64,000 nucleotides of DNA from Alphaproteobacteria bacterium. Its GTDB lineage: Bacteria > Pseudomonadota > Alphaproteobacteria > SP197. The stretch's first letter is position 1. Each line of letters opens with the position of its first letter. The position numbers were made by a program, and so were the translations under genes. Positions 50,807 to 61,600 of the stretch are shown here, piece by piece. The stretch is taken from the NCBI GenBank assembly GCA_964291265.2, contig OZ219747.1, positions 3,648,001 to 3,712,000 of the forward strand. Direction: 5' to 3'. The notes below the pieces were generated by a model, which was not told the DNA's origin, searched no databases, and was given only the letters and a program-made list of their open reading frames with translations.

Positions 50807-51496
50807 AGGAGGTGGGGAACCAGTACTCCGGTGGAGACGCCCTCGCGCCGCGATCGCCTGCCCTCCGCCAGGCGTCAACCTGCACCTCCCGTCAGTTCTG
50901 GCGCGCAGTGCGCACGGGCGCAGGCATCGCGGTGTCCATTGTCATGACACTTCCTTCGCGGCAACGTGCGCCAGGTCCTGCAGCGCATCACCGCACGCCT
51001 GACGCAGATCACAACCGGCGGGGGCTTCGTGTTGATCACTGTCCATGCGCTGTCAACAGCCAAGCACAAGCCCCGGCCCTTCAGCCATGAACCGCGCAGA
51101 GCCTGGACGCATTCTTCCGATGCCGGACCCAGGCCAAGGGTCTCGAGCAGGCGCTCACAGACCAGCGCGGCGGTGGCCAGTCGCCAACAGCCCTGACACA
51201 TCGTCTGGTCGCCCGGCGGCGCGTCATGCCTGCGGTTCAGAGACCCGCCGAGGATCGCCACCGGCTTCATCGCCACGCCAGATGCGCCCACCGCGCGCTT
51301 GTCGCAGGACTCCATGCCGCATTCGGCTGATGTACCGCATCGCCGGCGACAATGGGCCGGGTCGAGGCAACGGGCGCACATTGGGCATCGGGTGGAACGC
51401 TCGATTCCGGGAGAGTGCCATGGCGGACAGGCATACGGTCCGGGACGCTCATGCGGGAAGTCGCAAGGAGAGGGTCACGACCTGCGCCGCACCCAC

Positions 51497-52390
51497 TCAT
51501 GGAGTGGCGGGCATCCGGTCGAGACGCCGCGCCACAGCCCGCCTTGCGGCGCGTTCGGCCCTGAGAATGCCGTCGATGAGCGTATGGGTCAGGGGATCGG
51601 CAATGGCATCGAGCATCGCCAGTCCGGCCCTGAGTTCGGCGATGATGACGTCATGGATATCGCGGGCTGTCCTCTCGGCGGCCGCAGGCCCGCTTCCCAT
51701 GATGATGCGTCCATGACAGCGATGGTCCGGCAGACCGCCAAGATCGAGAAGTCGTTCGAGGAGCGCCTCGGCCCGCGCCATGGCCTCGAGGGCCGCACCC
51801 AGCTCACGTTCCGCGTCCTCTCTTCTGCCGGCGCAGCCGAAGACGAGACTGTGCAGGAAGATCTGGCTGACGGCGGAGACCTGCGGGCGAAGGGCCCTGT
51901 TGAGCGCCTCGACCGCCAGCGGCAGGGCACCCGGCTTGGGCAACAGGTGCTTGGCATGACGCGTGCCTTCAGGTGGCTCCTTGCACCATGCGCGGAGTCG
52001 TGCCGCGTGGGCCTCTTCGCTGGCCACAGTCTCCTTCATCAGCGTCCGCATGGCGCCGTCAGGAAACGTCGCCGCAGCTTTCGAGGCACTCCTGGCACAA
52101 CGTTCCGCCTGGACGGCGTCGGCGACGAGCACCGCCCCGGCATCGCGTCCGACCACAATGTCCGACGCCGGCTTGTCGTCCGGGCGGATGCCCTGCGCCG
52201 CCATGGCCTCGACCAGGGATGACGCCTGGCGCATCTGCCGCATCCAGTGATCGTTGGACTTCATGGCCTTCGAGTGACCCCAGGCCCTCAGCATGCGGGA
52301 ATGGAAGAACGACTGGTTGATGGAGTCGATCAGGACGGAAAGGACGGCGCCTGACGCCTTCGCGGTACCGCAGGTCTGTCTTGCCGTCAC
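51497..52390 (-). CDS. Tandem (two-domain) degenerate bacterioferritin-like protein
   Basis: Domain 1 [16 protein letters not shown]...EEAH; domain 2 AVSQIFLH...[12 protein letters not shown]; GTGA overlap with glnS. Confidence 0.65.
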   Translation of the reverse strand: MTARQTCGTAKASGAVLSVLIDSINQSFFHSRMLRAWGHSKAMKSNDHWMRQMRQASSLVEAMAAQGIRPDDKPASDIVVGRDAGAVLVADAVQAERCARSASKAAATFPDGAMRTLMKETVASEEAHAARLRAWCKEPPEGTRHAKHLLPKPGALPLAVEALNRALRPQVSAVSQIFLHSLVFGCAGRREDAERELGAALEAMARAEALLERLLDLGGLPDHRCHGRIIMGSGPAAAERTARDIHDVIIAELRAGLAMLDAIADPLTHTLIDGILRAERAARRAVARRLDRMPATP

Positions 52391-54075
52391 GGCGTGTTGC
52401 GTCGAACGCGCGCCCAGCTGTCGCGCAGACCGATCGTGCGATTGAACACCGGGCGCATGCCGGTTGAGTCGGCATCGACACAGAAGTAGCCCTGGCGTTC
52501 GAACTGCAGGACGTCTCCGGGCGCAGCATCGAGAACGGCGGGTTCAACACGGCAGTCATCGAGGACAACACGGGATTCCGGATTGAGGTCGGCGACGATG
52601 TCGCCACCACTGCCCGGTGTCTCGGTCGTGAAGAGACGATCATAGAGACGGACTTGGGCGCCGACGGCGTGATCGGCCGAGACCCAGTGAAGGGTGCCCC
52701 TGACCTTGCGCCCGTCGGGAGAGCCGCCACCCCTGGTATCCGGATCGTGGGTGCAGCGGAGTTCCACGATGTCGTCTGCTGCATCCTTCACGACTTCCCG
52801 GCAGGTGATGAAGTAGCCGTGGCGCAGGCGGACCTCCCGGCCCGGGGCCAGGCGGAAGAACTTGCGCGGCGGATCCTCCATGAAATCGTCGCGTTCGATC
52901 CAGAGGGTGCGGGCGAAGAGCAACGGGCGGCGCCCCGCCTCTTCGTCCTCGGGGTTGTTGATCGCCTCGAGTTCGTCGGTCTGATCCTCCGGCCACGTCT
53001 CGATCACCACTTTCAACGGCCGCAGCACCGCCATGCGGCGCAATGCGGTGCGGTTGAGATGGGCACGCACACAGTTGTCCAGCATGGCCGGGGCGACGAG
53101 ATTGTCCGCCCGAGAAATCCCGACCCTCGAAATGAACTCGCGGACCGCCTGCGGCGGAATGCCCCGACGTCTCATGCCGCGCAGCGTCGGCATCCTGGGA
53201 TCGTCCCATCCGTCGACATGACCGTCGCGGACAAGGTCGATGAGCACCCGCTTGGACAACACCGTCGAGGCTAGGTTGAGCCTGGCGAACTCGTACTGGC
53301 GGGGTACCCGGGGTACCGGCAGATGGTCGATCAACCAGTCGTAGAGCGGCCGGTGATCCTCGAACTCGAGGGTGCACAGTGAATGGGTCACGCCCTCGAT
53401 GGCATCCGACTGACCGTGCGCGTAGTCATAGGTCGGATAGATGCACCATGTCGTGCCGGTGCGAGGATGGTGCGCGTGAAGAATGCGGTAGAGCACCGGA
53501 TCGCGCATGTTCATGTTGCCCGAGGCCATGTCGATCTTCGCCCGCAGCACGTGCGCGCCATCGGGAAACTCACCGGCCCGCATGCGTCGGAAGAGATCGA
53601 GACTCTCATCGGGCGGACGGTTTCGCCAGGGACTCTCGCGGCCCGGTGCATTCCATGTGCCGCGGGCCTCGCGCATGTCGTCGACCGTTTGGGAATCGAC
53701 AAAGGCATCATCATTGCGGATCAGATGTTCGGCCCAGGCATAGAGCTGCTCGAAGTGGTCCGAAGCGAAATAGAGATGTTCTCCCCACTCGAAGCCGAGC
53801 CAGCGGACATCCTCCTGGATGGCCTCGATGTACTCCTGCTCCTCCCGTACCGGATTGGTGTCATCGAACCTCAGATGACAGCGTCCGGCAAACTCCCCGC
53901 CTATGCCGAAGTTGAGGCACATCGACTTGGCGTGGCCAATGTGGAGGTACCCATTGGGTTCCGGAGGAAACCGCGTGACGACAGTACCGACACGGCCGGC
54001 TGCGACATCGTCGGCGACGATCGCGCGAATGAAGTCATGAGCCCCACCTGGTGCGGGGCTCTCCTCGGCACTCAT
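52387..54075 (-). CDS. glnS: Glutaminyl-tRNA synthetase
   Basis: [65 protein letters not shown]. Confidence 0.95.
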   Translation of the reverse strand: MSAEESPAPGGAHDFIRAIVADDVAAGRVGTVVTRFPPEPNGYLHIGHAKSMCLNFGIGGEFAGRCHLRFDDTNPVREEQEYIEAIQEDVRWLGFEWGEHLYFASDHFEQLYAWAEHLIRNDDAFVDSQTVDDMREARGTWNAPGRESPWRNRPPDESLDLFRRMRAGEFPDGAHVLRAKIDMASGNMNMRDPVLYRILHAHHPRTGTTWCIYPTYDYAHGQSDAIEGVTHSLCTLEFEDHRPLYDWLIDHLPVPRVPRQYEFARLNLASTVLSKRVLIDLVRDGHVDGWDDPRMPTLRGMRRRGIPPQAVREFISRVGISRADNLVAPAMLDNCVRAHLNRTALRRMAVLRPLKVVIETWPEDQTDELEAINNPEDEEAGRRPLLFARTLWIERDDFMEDPPRKFFRLAPGREVRLRHGYFITCREVVKDAADDIVELRCTHDPDTRGGGSPDGRKVRGTLHWVSADHAVGAQVRLYDRLFTTETPGSGGDIVADLNPESRVVLDDCRVEPAVLDAAPGDVLQFERQGYFCVDADSTGMRPVFNRTIGLRDSWARVRRNTP

Positions 54076-54212
54076 GGCGCGACACTCCTGCGACAACGGT
54101 CTGCTGTGTGCCAAAATCACCCGGGCTTGCCAACCCCGGTCAGTCGACGAAGCACCCGGTCACTGCTCCCTGCTCCCGGAAACGGCGTGTGGTGTCAGGT
54201 TGCCGCCACTCC

Positions 54213-54857
54213 TCACCCGTGGCGCTCGAGGCACACCAGGAGGGTTCGGGCCGTGTCGAGATCGGCCGGTCTGTTGACGTTGAAGAAGGGATCCACCGGC
54301 TGGGCGCTGAACGATGCTTCGGCCACCCGGTAACGACCGGTCCAGGCGTCGATCTTGCGCACGCCATCGATGATCAAGGCCTGGCGCAACTCGTTTCGCA
54401 GGCGAACCGGCCACAGGCCAACCACCGGATGGCGTCTGCCAGCGGAGGCGGCGCAGGCCATGTCGGCACCGGTCTCCTTCACCGCCGCGAACAGTCTCTC
54501 GACCAGGTCGATGGGCAGGAACGGCGTGTCCGTGGGCACGGTGACGACCCAGTTCAGACCAGGAACATTGGCTACGGTCCAGTCGAGTCCTGCCAGCACC
54601 CCGGCAAGGGGTCCGGGACGCCCCGACAGCATGTCGGGCGCACGTGACATCACGGGCGAATCGACAGATGAGGCGTCGTCATTGACATTGAGCGCCATCA
54701 AGCGCACCTGGGGACGCAAGCGGGCGATCACGTGATCGAGAAGGCTGCGGCCACCGAGGTCCAGCGTGCCCTTGTCCCTGCCGCCCATGCGTCGCGCCAG
54801 TCCCCCGGCAAGCACCGTCCCGGCCACGTCATTGCGCACCTCCGACACCTCCGTCAT
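54213..54857 (-). CDS. mobA: Molybdenum cofactor guanylyltransferase
   Basis: LAGGLARRMGGRDK, GPLAG, PTDTPFLP, FFNVNRPADL. Confidence 0.92.
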   Translation of the reverse strand: MTEVSEVRNDVAGTVLAGGLARRMGGRDKGTLDLGGRSLLDHVIARLRPQVRLMALNVNDDASSVDSPVMSRAPDMLSGRPGPLAGVLAGLDWTVANVPGLNWVVTVPTDTPFLPIDLVERLFAAVKETGADMACAASAGRRHPVVGLWPVRLRNELRQALIIDGVRKIDAWTGRYRVAEASFSAQPVDPFFNVNRPADLDTARTLLVCLERHG

Positions 54858-55702
54858 CCCCCTACGGGATCCGGAACGGCCAGGTCATCCCAGCACACGC
54901 GATGCGCGCCTGCAGCCACCATGAACCGCTTGCCACGCAGGCGGCCGATGAGCGTCATGTCGACCTGGCGGGCGAGTTCGACACCCCATGCCGTGAACCC
55001 TGAACGGGAGACCAGGACCGGAATGTTCATCCGTGCCGTCTTGATCACCATTTCGCTGGTCAGCCGGCCGGTCGTGTAAAACAGCTTGCCGGCAGCCGTA
55101 ATGTCCTCGAGGGCCATGTAGCCTGCAATTTTGTCCACGGCGTTGTGCCGGCCGACATCCTCCATGTAGACCAGCGGACGGTCACCCTCGCAGAGTACAC
55201 AGCCGTGGATGGCGCCGGCCTTGAGATAGAGACTGGGCGTCGCCGTGATCGTCTTCGCGAGGACATGAAGCCACGCCGTGTGAACAACCGCATTCCTGTC
55301 CAGGTGGACGGTCTCGATTTCATCCATGAGATCACCGAAGACCGTGCCCTGGGCACATCCCGACGTCAGTGTGCGTTTCCGCAGCTTTTCCTCGTAGTCG
55401 GTCTGCCGGCAGGTGCGCACGACCAGAGTGGCGGTTTCCTCGTCATGGTCGATTCCGGTGACCTCGCCGATTCCTTCCAGCATCCCCTGGTTCAGCAGAT
55501 AACCCACGGCCAGGCAGTCCGGGAAATCCCCGATCGTCATCATGGTGACGATTTCCTGATCGTTGAGAAACAGCGTCAGGGGAGTCTCCACGGTCACGTC
55601 CCGATCGATTCGGTTGCCATCCTGGTCGATGCCGGACACCGAACGCGTCAGACGGGAATCCTCGGGGTTCGGCCTGAGAAGGTAGGGCGTCCCTGCCGTC
55701 AT
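54854..55702 (-). CDS. fdhD: Formate dehydrogenase accessory sulfurtransferase
   Basis: ETPLTL, TSGCAQG, GAIHG, EDVGRHNAVDK, TTGRLTSEMVIK. Confidence 0.92.
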   Translation of the reverse strand: MTAGTPYLLRPNPEDSRLTRSVSGIDQDGNRIDRDVTVETPLTLFLNDQEIVTMMTIGDFPDCLAVGYLLNQGMLEGIGEVTGIDHDEETATLVVRTCRQTDYEEKLRKRTLTSGCAQGTVFGDLMDEIETVHLDRNAVVHTAWLHVLAKTITATPSLYLKAGAIHGCVLCEGDRPLVYMEDVGRHNAVDKIAGYMALEDITAAGKLFYTTGRLTSEMVIKTARMNIPVLVSRSGFTAWGVELARQVDMTLIGRLRGKRFMVAAGAHRVCWDDLAVPDPVGG

Positions 55703-57354
55703 GAGCCGTACCCGGAGGCGGCCTCGCACCGCGGCAGGGGTGTGTGCCCGCGTATCATGTCAGCTGCCTTCTCGGCGATCATGACTGTCGGCGCATTGGT
55801 GTTTCCCGTCACGATGACCGGCATCACCGAGGCATCGACCACCCTGAGGCCATCGACACCCCGTACTCTCAGCTGATCGTCGACAACCGCCAACGGGTCC
55901 CGCGCCGCCCCCATCCTGCAGGTTCCCGAGACATGATATCCCGACAGGGCGCCGCGGGCGACCGCCCTGAGAATGTCCTCGTCGCTCAGGACGTGTTCCC
56001 CCGGGTCCATCTCGGCTCCGCGAAAGGGAGCCAATGCCGGCTGGTGCGCGATGTCGCGCGCCCACCTGACCGCATCGATGAAGTCCCGCCGGTCCTCCTC
56101 TTCGGCAAGGTAGTTCGGTTCGATGGCGGGATGGGCCCCGGGATCAGCGCTCCTGAGCCTGATGCGTCCGCGCGAACGCGGATGCATCTGGTTGACGTCG
56201 AACTGGAAGCCGTCGATGGCAGTCTTCATGCGGTGACGTCGGCTCTCGGCAATGACCATGGGCGTGAAAAAGACCTGGAATCGCGGGAAGTCCGGCGCTT
56301 CGGCGCCACCCCTGGAAAAGGCGCCTACCGACCAGAAGGGATGGGCTCCAGGGCCCGCCCGCCTGCAGCTGGCAAACCACGAGGCGCCGAGCCAGAGAGC
56401 CATCAGCGGGCGGGTCCAGCGGGCCTGGGTGTCGCGCGGCCGGCGACAGTGGAACCGGACTGGCATGTTGAGATGATCCTGCAGGTCCTGCCCCACTCCC
56501 GGACTCGCCACTCTCACCTCGATTCCGTGCCGGCGCAGGTGTTCCTCCGGACCGATGCCCGACAGCATGAGGAGTTGCGGCGAACCGATGGCGCCCTGAC
56601 AGACGATCACTTCGCCGGACGCATGGACCTCCTCCATGGCGGAACGCCGTCGGTAGCGCACGCCTCTGGCGCGATGCCCCTCGATCATCAGGGACGTGGC
56701 AAGACTTCCGGTGCGGATCTCGAGGTTGGGCCGTGAACCGGCAGGCGAGAGATAGCATCTCGAGATGCTGGAGCGTCGGCCGCCGCGAACGGTGACATCG
56801 AGCAGACCGGCGCCAACCTGACCCGCGCCGTTGAAATCCGGATTCGCCGGCAATCCCGACTGGAGGCAAGCCTCGATGAACGCATGATCGATCGGCAGCG
56901 GCCGCCCTGCCGGTCCGGTCAGCAACGGGCCTGAATCACCGCGCCAGTGATCGCCGCCACCTTCCCTGCTCTCCGCCTTGCGGAAGTAGGGCAGCACATC
57001 GGCCCAGGCCCATCCCTCAAGACCGAGCTGTCTCCAGCGATCGTAATCGGCAGCGTTGCCGCGCATGTAGATCATGCCGTTGATCGCGCTCGACCCCCCG
57101 AGCCCGCGTCCCCGGGGCCAGTGGATCCGGCGGCCGGCGAGATGCGGCTGGGGTTCGGTGAGGTAGCACCAGTCAAAGCGCGGATTGCCGACGGCAAACA
57201 CGTTGGCTGCCGGCATGACGACCCGGAAATCCCTGTTCGTGCCGCCGGCTTCGAGGAGAAGGACGCGGCACGATCTCTCCTCGCTCAAGCGAGAGGCCAG
57301 GACAGATCCGGCCGATCCTCCACCAACGATGATGAAATCGAAGACGTCGACCAC
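55699..57354 (-). CDS. GMC oxidoreductase (choline dehydrogenase-like)
   Basis: DFIIVGGGSAG, RGRGLGGSSAING, SPQLLMLSGIG, LQDH, YHVSGTCRMG, GNTNAPT. Confidence 0.92.
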   Translation of the reverse strand: MVDVFDFIIVGGGSAGSVLASRLSEERSCRVLLLEAGGTNRDFRVVMPAANVFAVGNPRFDWCYLTEPQPHLAGRRIHWPRGRGLGGSSAINGMIYMRGNAADYDRWRQLGLEGWAWADVLPYFRKAESREGGGDHWRGDSGPLLTGPAGRPLPIDHAFIEACLQSGLPANPDFNGAGQVGAGLLDVTVRGGRRSSISRCYLSPAGSRPNLEIRTGSLATSLMIEGHRARGVRYRRRSAMEEVHASGEVIVCQGAIGSPQLLMLSGIGPEEHLRRHGIEVRVASPGVGQDLQDHLNMPVRFHCRRPRDTQARWTRPLMALWLGASWFASCRRAGPGAHPFWSVGAFSRGGAEAPDFPRFQVFFTPMVIAESRRHRMKTAIDGFQFDVNQMHPRSRGRIRLRSADPGAHPAIEPNYLAEEEDRRDFIDAVRWARDIAHQPALAPFRGAEMDPGEHVLSDEDILRAVARGALSGYHVSGTCRMGAARDPLAVVDDQLRVRGVDGLRVVDASVMPVIVTGNTNAPTVMIAEKAADMIRGHTPLPRCEAASGYGS

Positions 57355-57377
57355 CGATGTCTGCCGCTTGCCACGAC

Positions 57378-58238
57378 CTAGTGGAACGGCCGATCGCCGA
57401 TGACCGTGACACGATGCATCTTGCGATGTCCCGTGAAGCTGGAGGAAGCCAGATGCATGGTGCACCGGTTGTCCCATATCGCCAGATCACCGGGCTTCCA
57501 GGACCGGCGCACCTGGTAGTTGGGGTGTTCCGCGAACTCGCACAGCATTCTCAGGATATGGTCGCTCTCGATTCCCCCGAGGCCCTTGATCTCCTTGGTG
57601 AAGGTTCGATTGACGAACAGTCCCTTCCTTCCGGTTTCCGGGTGAGTGCGCACCACCGGATGTTCCACGGGCGGCAATTCTATGATGTCCTGGGCAAGTT
57701 TGCGGATCCCGCCCTCACCGGCCAGAACCGAGGATCCGAACGACATGTAGTAGTCGTGCACCGCCGTCAGTTCCTCGATCATGTCGCGAACCACCGGCGA
57801 CAGCGCCTCGTAGGCGGCGTGGAGACTCGACCACAGCGTGTCACCTCCTCCTTCCGGTGGCGTCACCTGGCAATGCAGGATCGAGGCCTTGGCAGGGCAT
57901 TCTCGAAAGGTCACGTCAGTGTGCCAGACATCGTTGTAGAGGCTGCCATCGCCGTGCTGCTCGATGACCGTCACTTCAGGCAGGCCCGCAACATTGCCGA
58001 ACACGGGATGGGGCGGTTCAATGTCACCGAAATGTCGCGCAAGGGCGAGATGTTCGGCCGGGCCGATACGCTGGTCCGGGAGAAACACGACAAGGTGGTC
58101 GAGCAGGGTCCGGTGAATCAGGTCGCCCGTGGATGAATCGATTCTTTCGGCCAGGTCGAGGCCATGAATCTCCGCACCGATCACGGGTCCGAGCGGCCGC
58201 ACCTCAACGGAATTCCGGGTCAAGGTCCTTCCCTCCAT
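57378..58238 (-). CDS. TauD/TfdA family alpha-ketoglutarate dioxygenase
   Basis: WHTDVTF, GGDTLW, HPVVRTHPETG, WDNRCTMH. Confidence 0.92.
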   Translation of the reverse strand: MEGRTLTRNSVEVRPLGPVIGAEIHGLDLAERIDSSTGDLIHRTLLDHLVVFLPDQRIGPAEHLALARHFGDIEPPHPVFGNVAGLPEVTVIEQHGDGSLYNDVWHTDVTFRECPAKASILHCQVTPPEGGGDTLWSSLHAAYEALSPVVRDMIEELTAVHDYYMSFGSSVLAGEGGIRKLAQDIIELPPVEHPVVRTHPETGRKGLFVNRTFTKEIKGLGGIESDHILRMLCEFAEHPNYQVRRSWKPGDLAIWDNRCTMHLASSSFTGHRKMHRVTVIGDRPFH

Positions 58239-58426
58239 CGTCCGCCATCAGTGGATACCCTGCACACGGTCATCGTCAAGACGCGATGCTGGTCAGGCCA
58301 ACCGGCGGTGTGGACCGGCCTCGGGTCAACATCGTTGACGTCGGACCGTCCACGGTACCCGAGTGAGACCTTGTCACGGTTGCAGCAAGAGGTGAAGATG
58401 GAGGTGAACGGCGTGACGGGAGGCTC

Positions 58427-60433
58427 ATGACCGAACGCGAGATCATCCGGACAAGTTGTCCCCGCGACTGCTATGACGGGTGTGGCATCGCCGTGGTCAG
58501 GCGTCACGGCAGGATCACGCGGGTTCTGGGCGATCCCGAACATCCGGTGAGCCGGGGGAGCCTGTGTGGCAAGTGCGCCATTGCCTACAACGGTGTGTGG
58601 CTCGATCCCGAAGCCCGTCTCCTCCATCCCCTGCGTCGGACGGGACCGAAGGGCTCGGGTCTCTTCGAGCGTGTGAGCTGGGAGGAGGCGCTTGACGTCA
58701 TCGCAACACGCCTCGACACCATCATTGCCGAAAGCGACGCCGCCTCCATCCTCCACACGCACTACACCGGCACCTGTTCGGCCCTTGCCAACGCCTTTCC
58801 GGAACGATTCTTCAACCGCATCGGCGCCACCGAGGCCATGCCCGATTCCATCTGCAACAACGCCGGACACCAGGCTCTTCGCTATGTCCTGGGTTCAAGC
58901 GTCAACGGTTTCGATCCCGCAACGGCCAGGGACAGCGCCTGTATCGTCGTCTGGGGCGCCAATCCGGCCCACAGCGCGCCCCATGCCCACAAGCACTGGC
59001 TGAAGGAAGGCCCGGCCAGGATTGTCGTCATCGATCCGGTGCGCCACCTCACGGCCTCCCAGGCCGATATCCATCTGCAGGTCAATCCCGGCAGCGATGC
59101 CGTACTGGCCTTCGGCCTGTGCCACGTTGCCCGCCGCGACGGTCTGCTCGATGACGCCTGGATCACGCACCACGTCAAGGGTTACGAGGAGGTCGAGGAG
59201 GCGATCGCAGCGGCAGATCCGGAATCGACATCCCGCGTGACCGGTGTTCCCGTCAGCCTCATCGAAGAGACCGCGCATCTCTACGCGAAGGGACCGTCCC
59301 TCCTGTGGCTCGGCCAGGGACTGCAGCGCCAGTTCCGCGGCGGCAACATCTTCCGTGCCTGCGCCATGCTTCCCGCGCTGACCGGCAACATGTCAAAACC
59401 CGGCGCTGGGATTCTCTATCTCAACAGCACGCTCGACATCATGGCCCGCAAGGGAGCCACGCCTCCCTTGCCGGAAGCCGGGGAGGCCGGCCCCTCCATC
59501 AGCCAGATGGATGTCCCCGCCGCACTCGAAACGTCGGATCGTTTCCGCGCCTACGTGGTCTGGAACTGCAATCCCCTCGCCTCCAATCCGGCACAGCAGG
59601 TGCTCACCCGGGCGCTGATGCGCGAGGACCTGTTCACGGTGGTCGTCGACTGCTTCGAGACGGATACATCCCGCTACGCCGACATCGTGCTTCCGGCCGC
59701 CTCCTTCCTCGAATTCGACGACGTGAATGCAAGCTACTTCCATCTCCTTCTCGGCGCCCAGGTCCGGTGTGCCGAACCGATGGGCGAGAGTCTGCCCAAC
59801 CAGGAGATCTTCCGCCGCCTCGCCCGGGCCATGGGTCTGCCGGACGCCGAACTCCACCACACCGACCGGGAACTGATCGACGAGGTGCTGGAGGGAAGTG
59901 GAGTGTCCTGGGACGAGTTGACGTCACGCGGCTGGGTTGCAGCCAGCGATGAACCGATGGTGCTGTGGCCCGAGGGCAGGTTTGCGACTCCGTCAGGCAG
60001 GATGGAGATTGCGAGCTCCAGGGCCGAAGCCGACGGTCATCCGCGCGTGCCCGAGGCCGCGGCAGATCCGCCGCCGGCAGAGGGCCGGTTCCGCCTGTTG
60101 AGTCCCGCCGGCCGCTGGCTGATGAATTCCTCGTACGGCAACGATCCGCGCATCGGTGAACTTCTCGGCTCACCGACGGTCACTATCCACCCCGATGATG
60201 CCCGGTCGTGTGATGTCAGCACCGGTGACAAGGTCTCTCTCTCCAATGATGCCGGCTCGCTCACCCTGGTCGCGGTCGTTTCGGACAGCGTGCCGTCGGG
60301 AGTGCTGCTCGCCGACAAGAGCAGGTGGCCCGGACCCGGCGGAGCCAACATCAATCACCTCCACATTCCGCGCAAATCGGACATGGGCGAAAGCACCTGC
60401 GTCCACGGCGTGGAAGTCACCCTGACACGCTGA
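58427..60433 (+). CDS. Molybdopterin oxidoreductase (DMSO reductase superfamily)
   Basis: CPRDCYDGC...LCGK (4Fe-4S), RLLHPLRR, VSWEEAL, WGANP, ADIVLPA, C-terminal MGD-binding domain. Confidence 0.9.
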   Translation: MTEREIIRTSCPRDCYDGCGIAVVRRHGRITRVLGDPEHPVSRGSLCGKCAIAYNGVWLDPEARLLHPLRRTGPKGSGLFERVSWEEALDVIATRLDTIIAESDAASILHTHYTGTCSALANAFPERFFNRIGATEAMPDSICNNAGHQALRYVLGSSVNGFDPATARDSACIVVWGANPAHSAPHAHKHWLKEGPARIVVIDPVRHLTASQADIHLQVNPGSDAVLAFGLCHVARRDGLLDDAWITHHVKGYEEVEEAIAAADPESTSRVTGVPVSLIEETAHLYAKGPSLLWLGQGLQRQFRGGNIFRACAMLPALTGNMSKPGAGILYLNSTLDIMARKGATPPLPEAGEAGPSISQMDVPAALETSDRFRAYVVWNCNPLASNPAQQVLTRALMREDLFTVVVDCFETDTSRYADIVLPAASFLEFDDVNASYFHLLLGAQVRCAEPMGESLPNQEIFRRLARAMGLPDAELHHTDRELIDEVLEGSGVSWDELTSRGWVAASDEPMVLWPEGRFATPSGRMEIASSRAEADGHPRVPEAAADPPPAEGRFRLLSPAGRWLMNSSYGNDPRIGELLGSPTVTIHPDDARSCDVSTGDKVSLSNDAGSLTLVAVVSDSVPSGVLLADKSRWPGPGGANINHLHIPRKSDMGESTCVHGVEVTLTR

Positions 60434-60493
60434 TTCCGATGATCACGGAAGCGTCTTCACGCTGGCGCATTGCCATGCGGGTCCGGAGTCAGC

Positions 60494-61399
60494 ATGATCG
60501 CCCCGTTCAACCCTGCAAACAGGCGGCTCGGCATGTGGATAGGAATACTCGTACTCATTACCTTCGGAATTTGCTCAATCGCCTGTCTCGTGCTGTCAAT
60601 CCGCGGTGCCCTGCAGGGCAGGTGGCACATCTTCGGCGCTCTCCTGATCCCGGCAGTGGGGATCGGGGGCACCGTCGTCATGCTGGTGGCACGGCCGATT
60701 TCCCTGGAGCTCTTCGGTGACAGCAATCTCGAGGATCTTCCTGAACGCGCCGTGGCCATCACAGGCGACGACCTGCTGACGGTCCACAACGGAACCTGGC
60801 GCTTCGGCTATGCCTACGACAAGGATACCCAACTGTTCCACTGGTACGACGAGGCCTTTGCCGAAGACGGCGGATTCTCCGGACGCAACGACACCGGCCA
60901 GACCTGGTCCGGCGGATGGGACATCGTCGAGGACGGCATTTGTCTCACCCGGGGGCAGGACACCGACTGTTTCGGTGTCTGGCAGGACGGCGACCTCTGG
61001 TACCAGACCAACCACCGCGACGAGATCGTCAATCGCTACATCGTGATCGAGGCATTCCAGGTTCCCAAGGGACACCCGACGCTTTCACCGGCGGTCGTGC
61101 AGGCCATCATTCCGGGGCGTACGCTCTCCGGTGAACTGCGGCTTCATTTCGGTGAACCATTCTACAGCGCCTCGTTCGACGCCGCCGGCAATGCCGTCAC
61201 GGTACGCCGGGGTGACTCGGCGGAGTCCCTCGCCACGGAGGAGGCCGGCACATACAGGTTTGACGAGGATGGCATGCTGTGTCTCGCGGGTGTGCTCCAC
61301 ATCGCCGATGCCTGCTACGCCGTCGTTCCGCGCCCGGGCGGCGCCGACATCGTTCGTGACGACCGGCGCATCGTCGCCACCGTCACGGCACTGCAGTAG
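60494..61399 (+). CDS. Hypothetical membrane-anchored protein with two similar beta-rich domains
   Basis: Two N-terminal TM segments; repeats GGWDIVEDGICL...DCFGV and GTYRFDEDGMLCL...ACYAV. Confidence 0.65.
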   Translation: MIAPFNPANRRLGMWIGILVLITFGICSIACLVLSIRGALQGRWHIFGALLIPAVGIGGTVVMLVARPISLELFGDSNLEDLPERAVAITGDDLLTVHNGTWRFGYAYDKDTQLFHWYDEAFAEDGGFSGRNDTGQTWSGGWDIVEDGICLTRGQDTDCFGVWQDGDLWYQTNHRDEIVNRYIVIEAFQVPKGHPTLSPAVVQAIIPGRTLSGELRLHFGEPFYSASFDAAGNAVTVRRGDSAESLATEEAGTYRFDEDGMLCLAGVLHIADACYAVVPRPGGADIVRDDRRIVATVTALQ

Positions 61400-61448
61400 G
61401 CGCACCGCCGGAGGTTCCCTCCTGGACATCCTGGCAGTCCTGGCAGCC

Positions 61449-61478
61449 TTGACAGCCCTTTCGGCCGCGCCGTATCAC
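61449..61478 (+). promoter_or_regulatory. Sigma70-type promoter of tRNA-Val
   Basis: TTGACA at 61449-61454, TATCAC 18 bp downstream, 12 bp before the tRNA. Confidence 0.55.
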
Positions 61479-61490
61479 CGTTCATCGGAA

Positions 61491-61565
61491 GGGCGCGTAG
61501 CTCAGCGGAAGAGCACTGTCTTCACACGGCAGGGGTCGCTGGTTCGAACCCAGCCGCGCCCACCA
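61491..61565 (+). tRNA. tRNA-Val (CAC)
   Basis: GGGCGCG acceptor stem, D-arm GCTCAGCGGAAGAGC, anticodon loop TTCACAC, GGTTCGAACCC T-arm, encoded CCA. Confidence 0.96.
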
Positions 61566-61600
61566 TGCTTCAGGCATGCCACCCTGACCCATGGGGATCC

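Noticed and set aside
50880-51040. bfd ferredoxin relic downstream of the bacterioferritin-like gene (VICVRRAV)
   Set aside because: The required Cys pattern is incomplete, so the evidence is too weak
51400-51495. Glycine riboswitch (two GGAGAG motifs)
   Set aside because: It lacks the CCGAAG and CTCTCAGG elements and has no co-oriented downstream gene
61491-61565. tRNA-Val as the integration site of the mobile region
   Set aside because: No duplicate of its 3' end was seen and no integrase is adjacent
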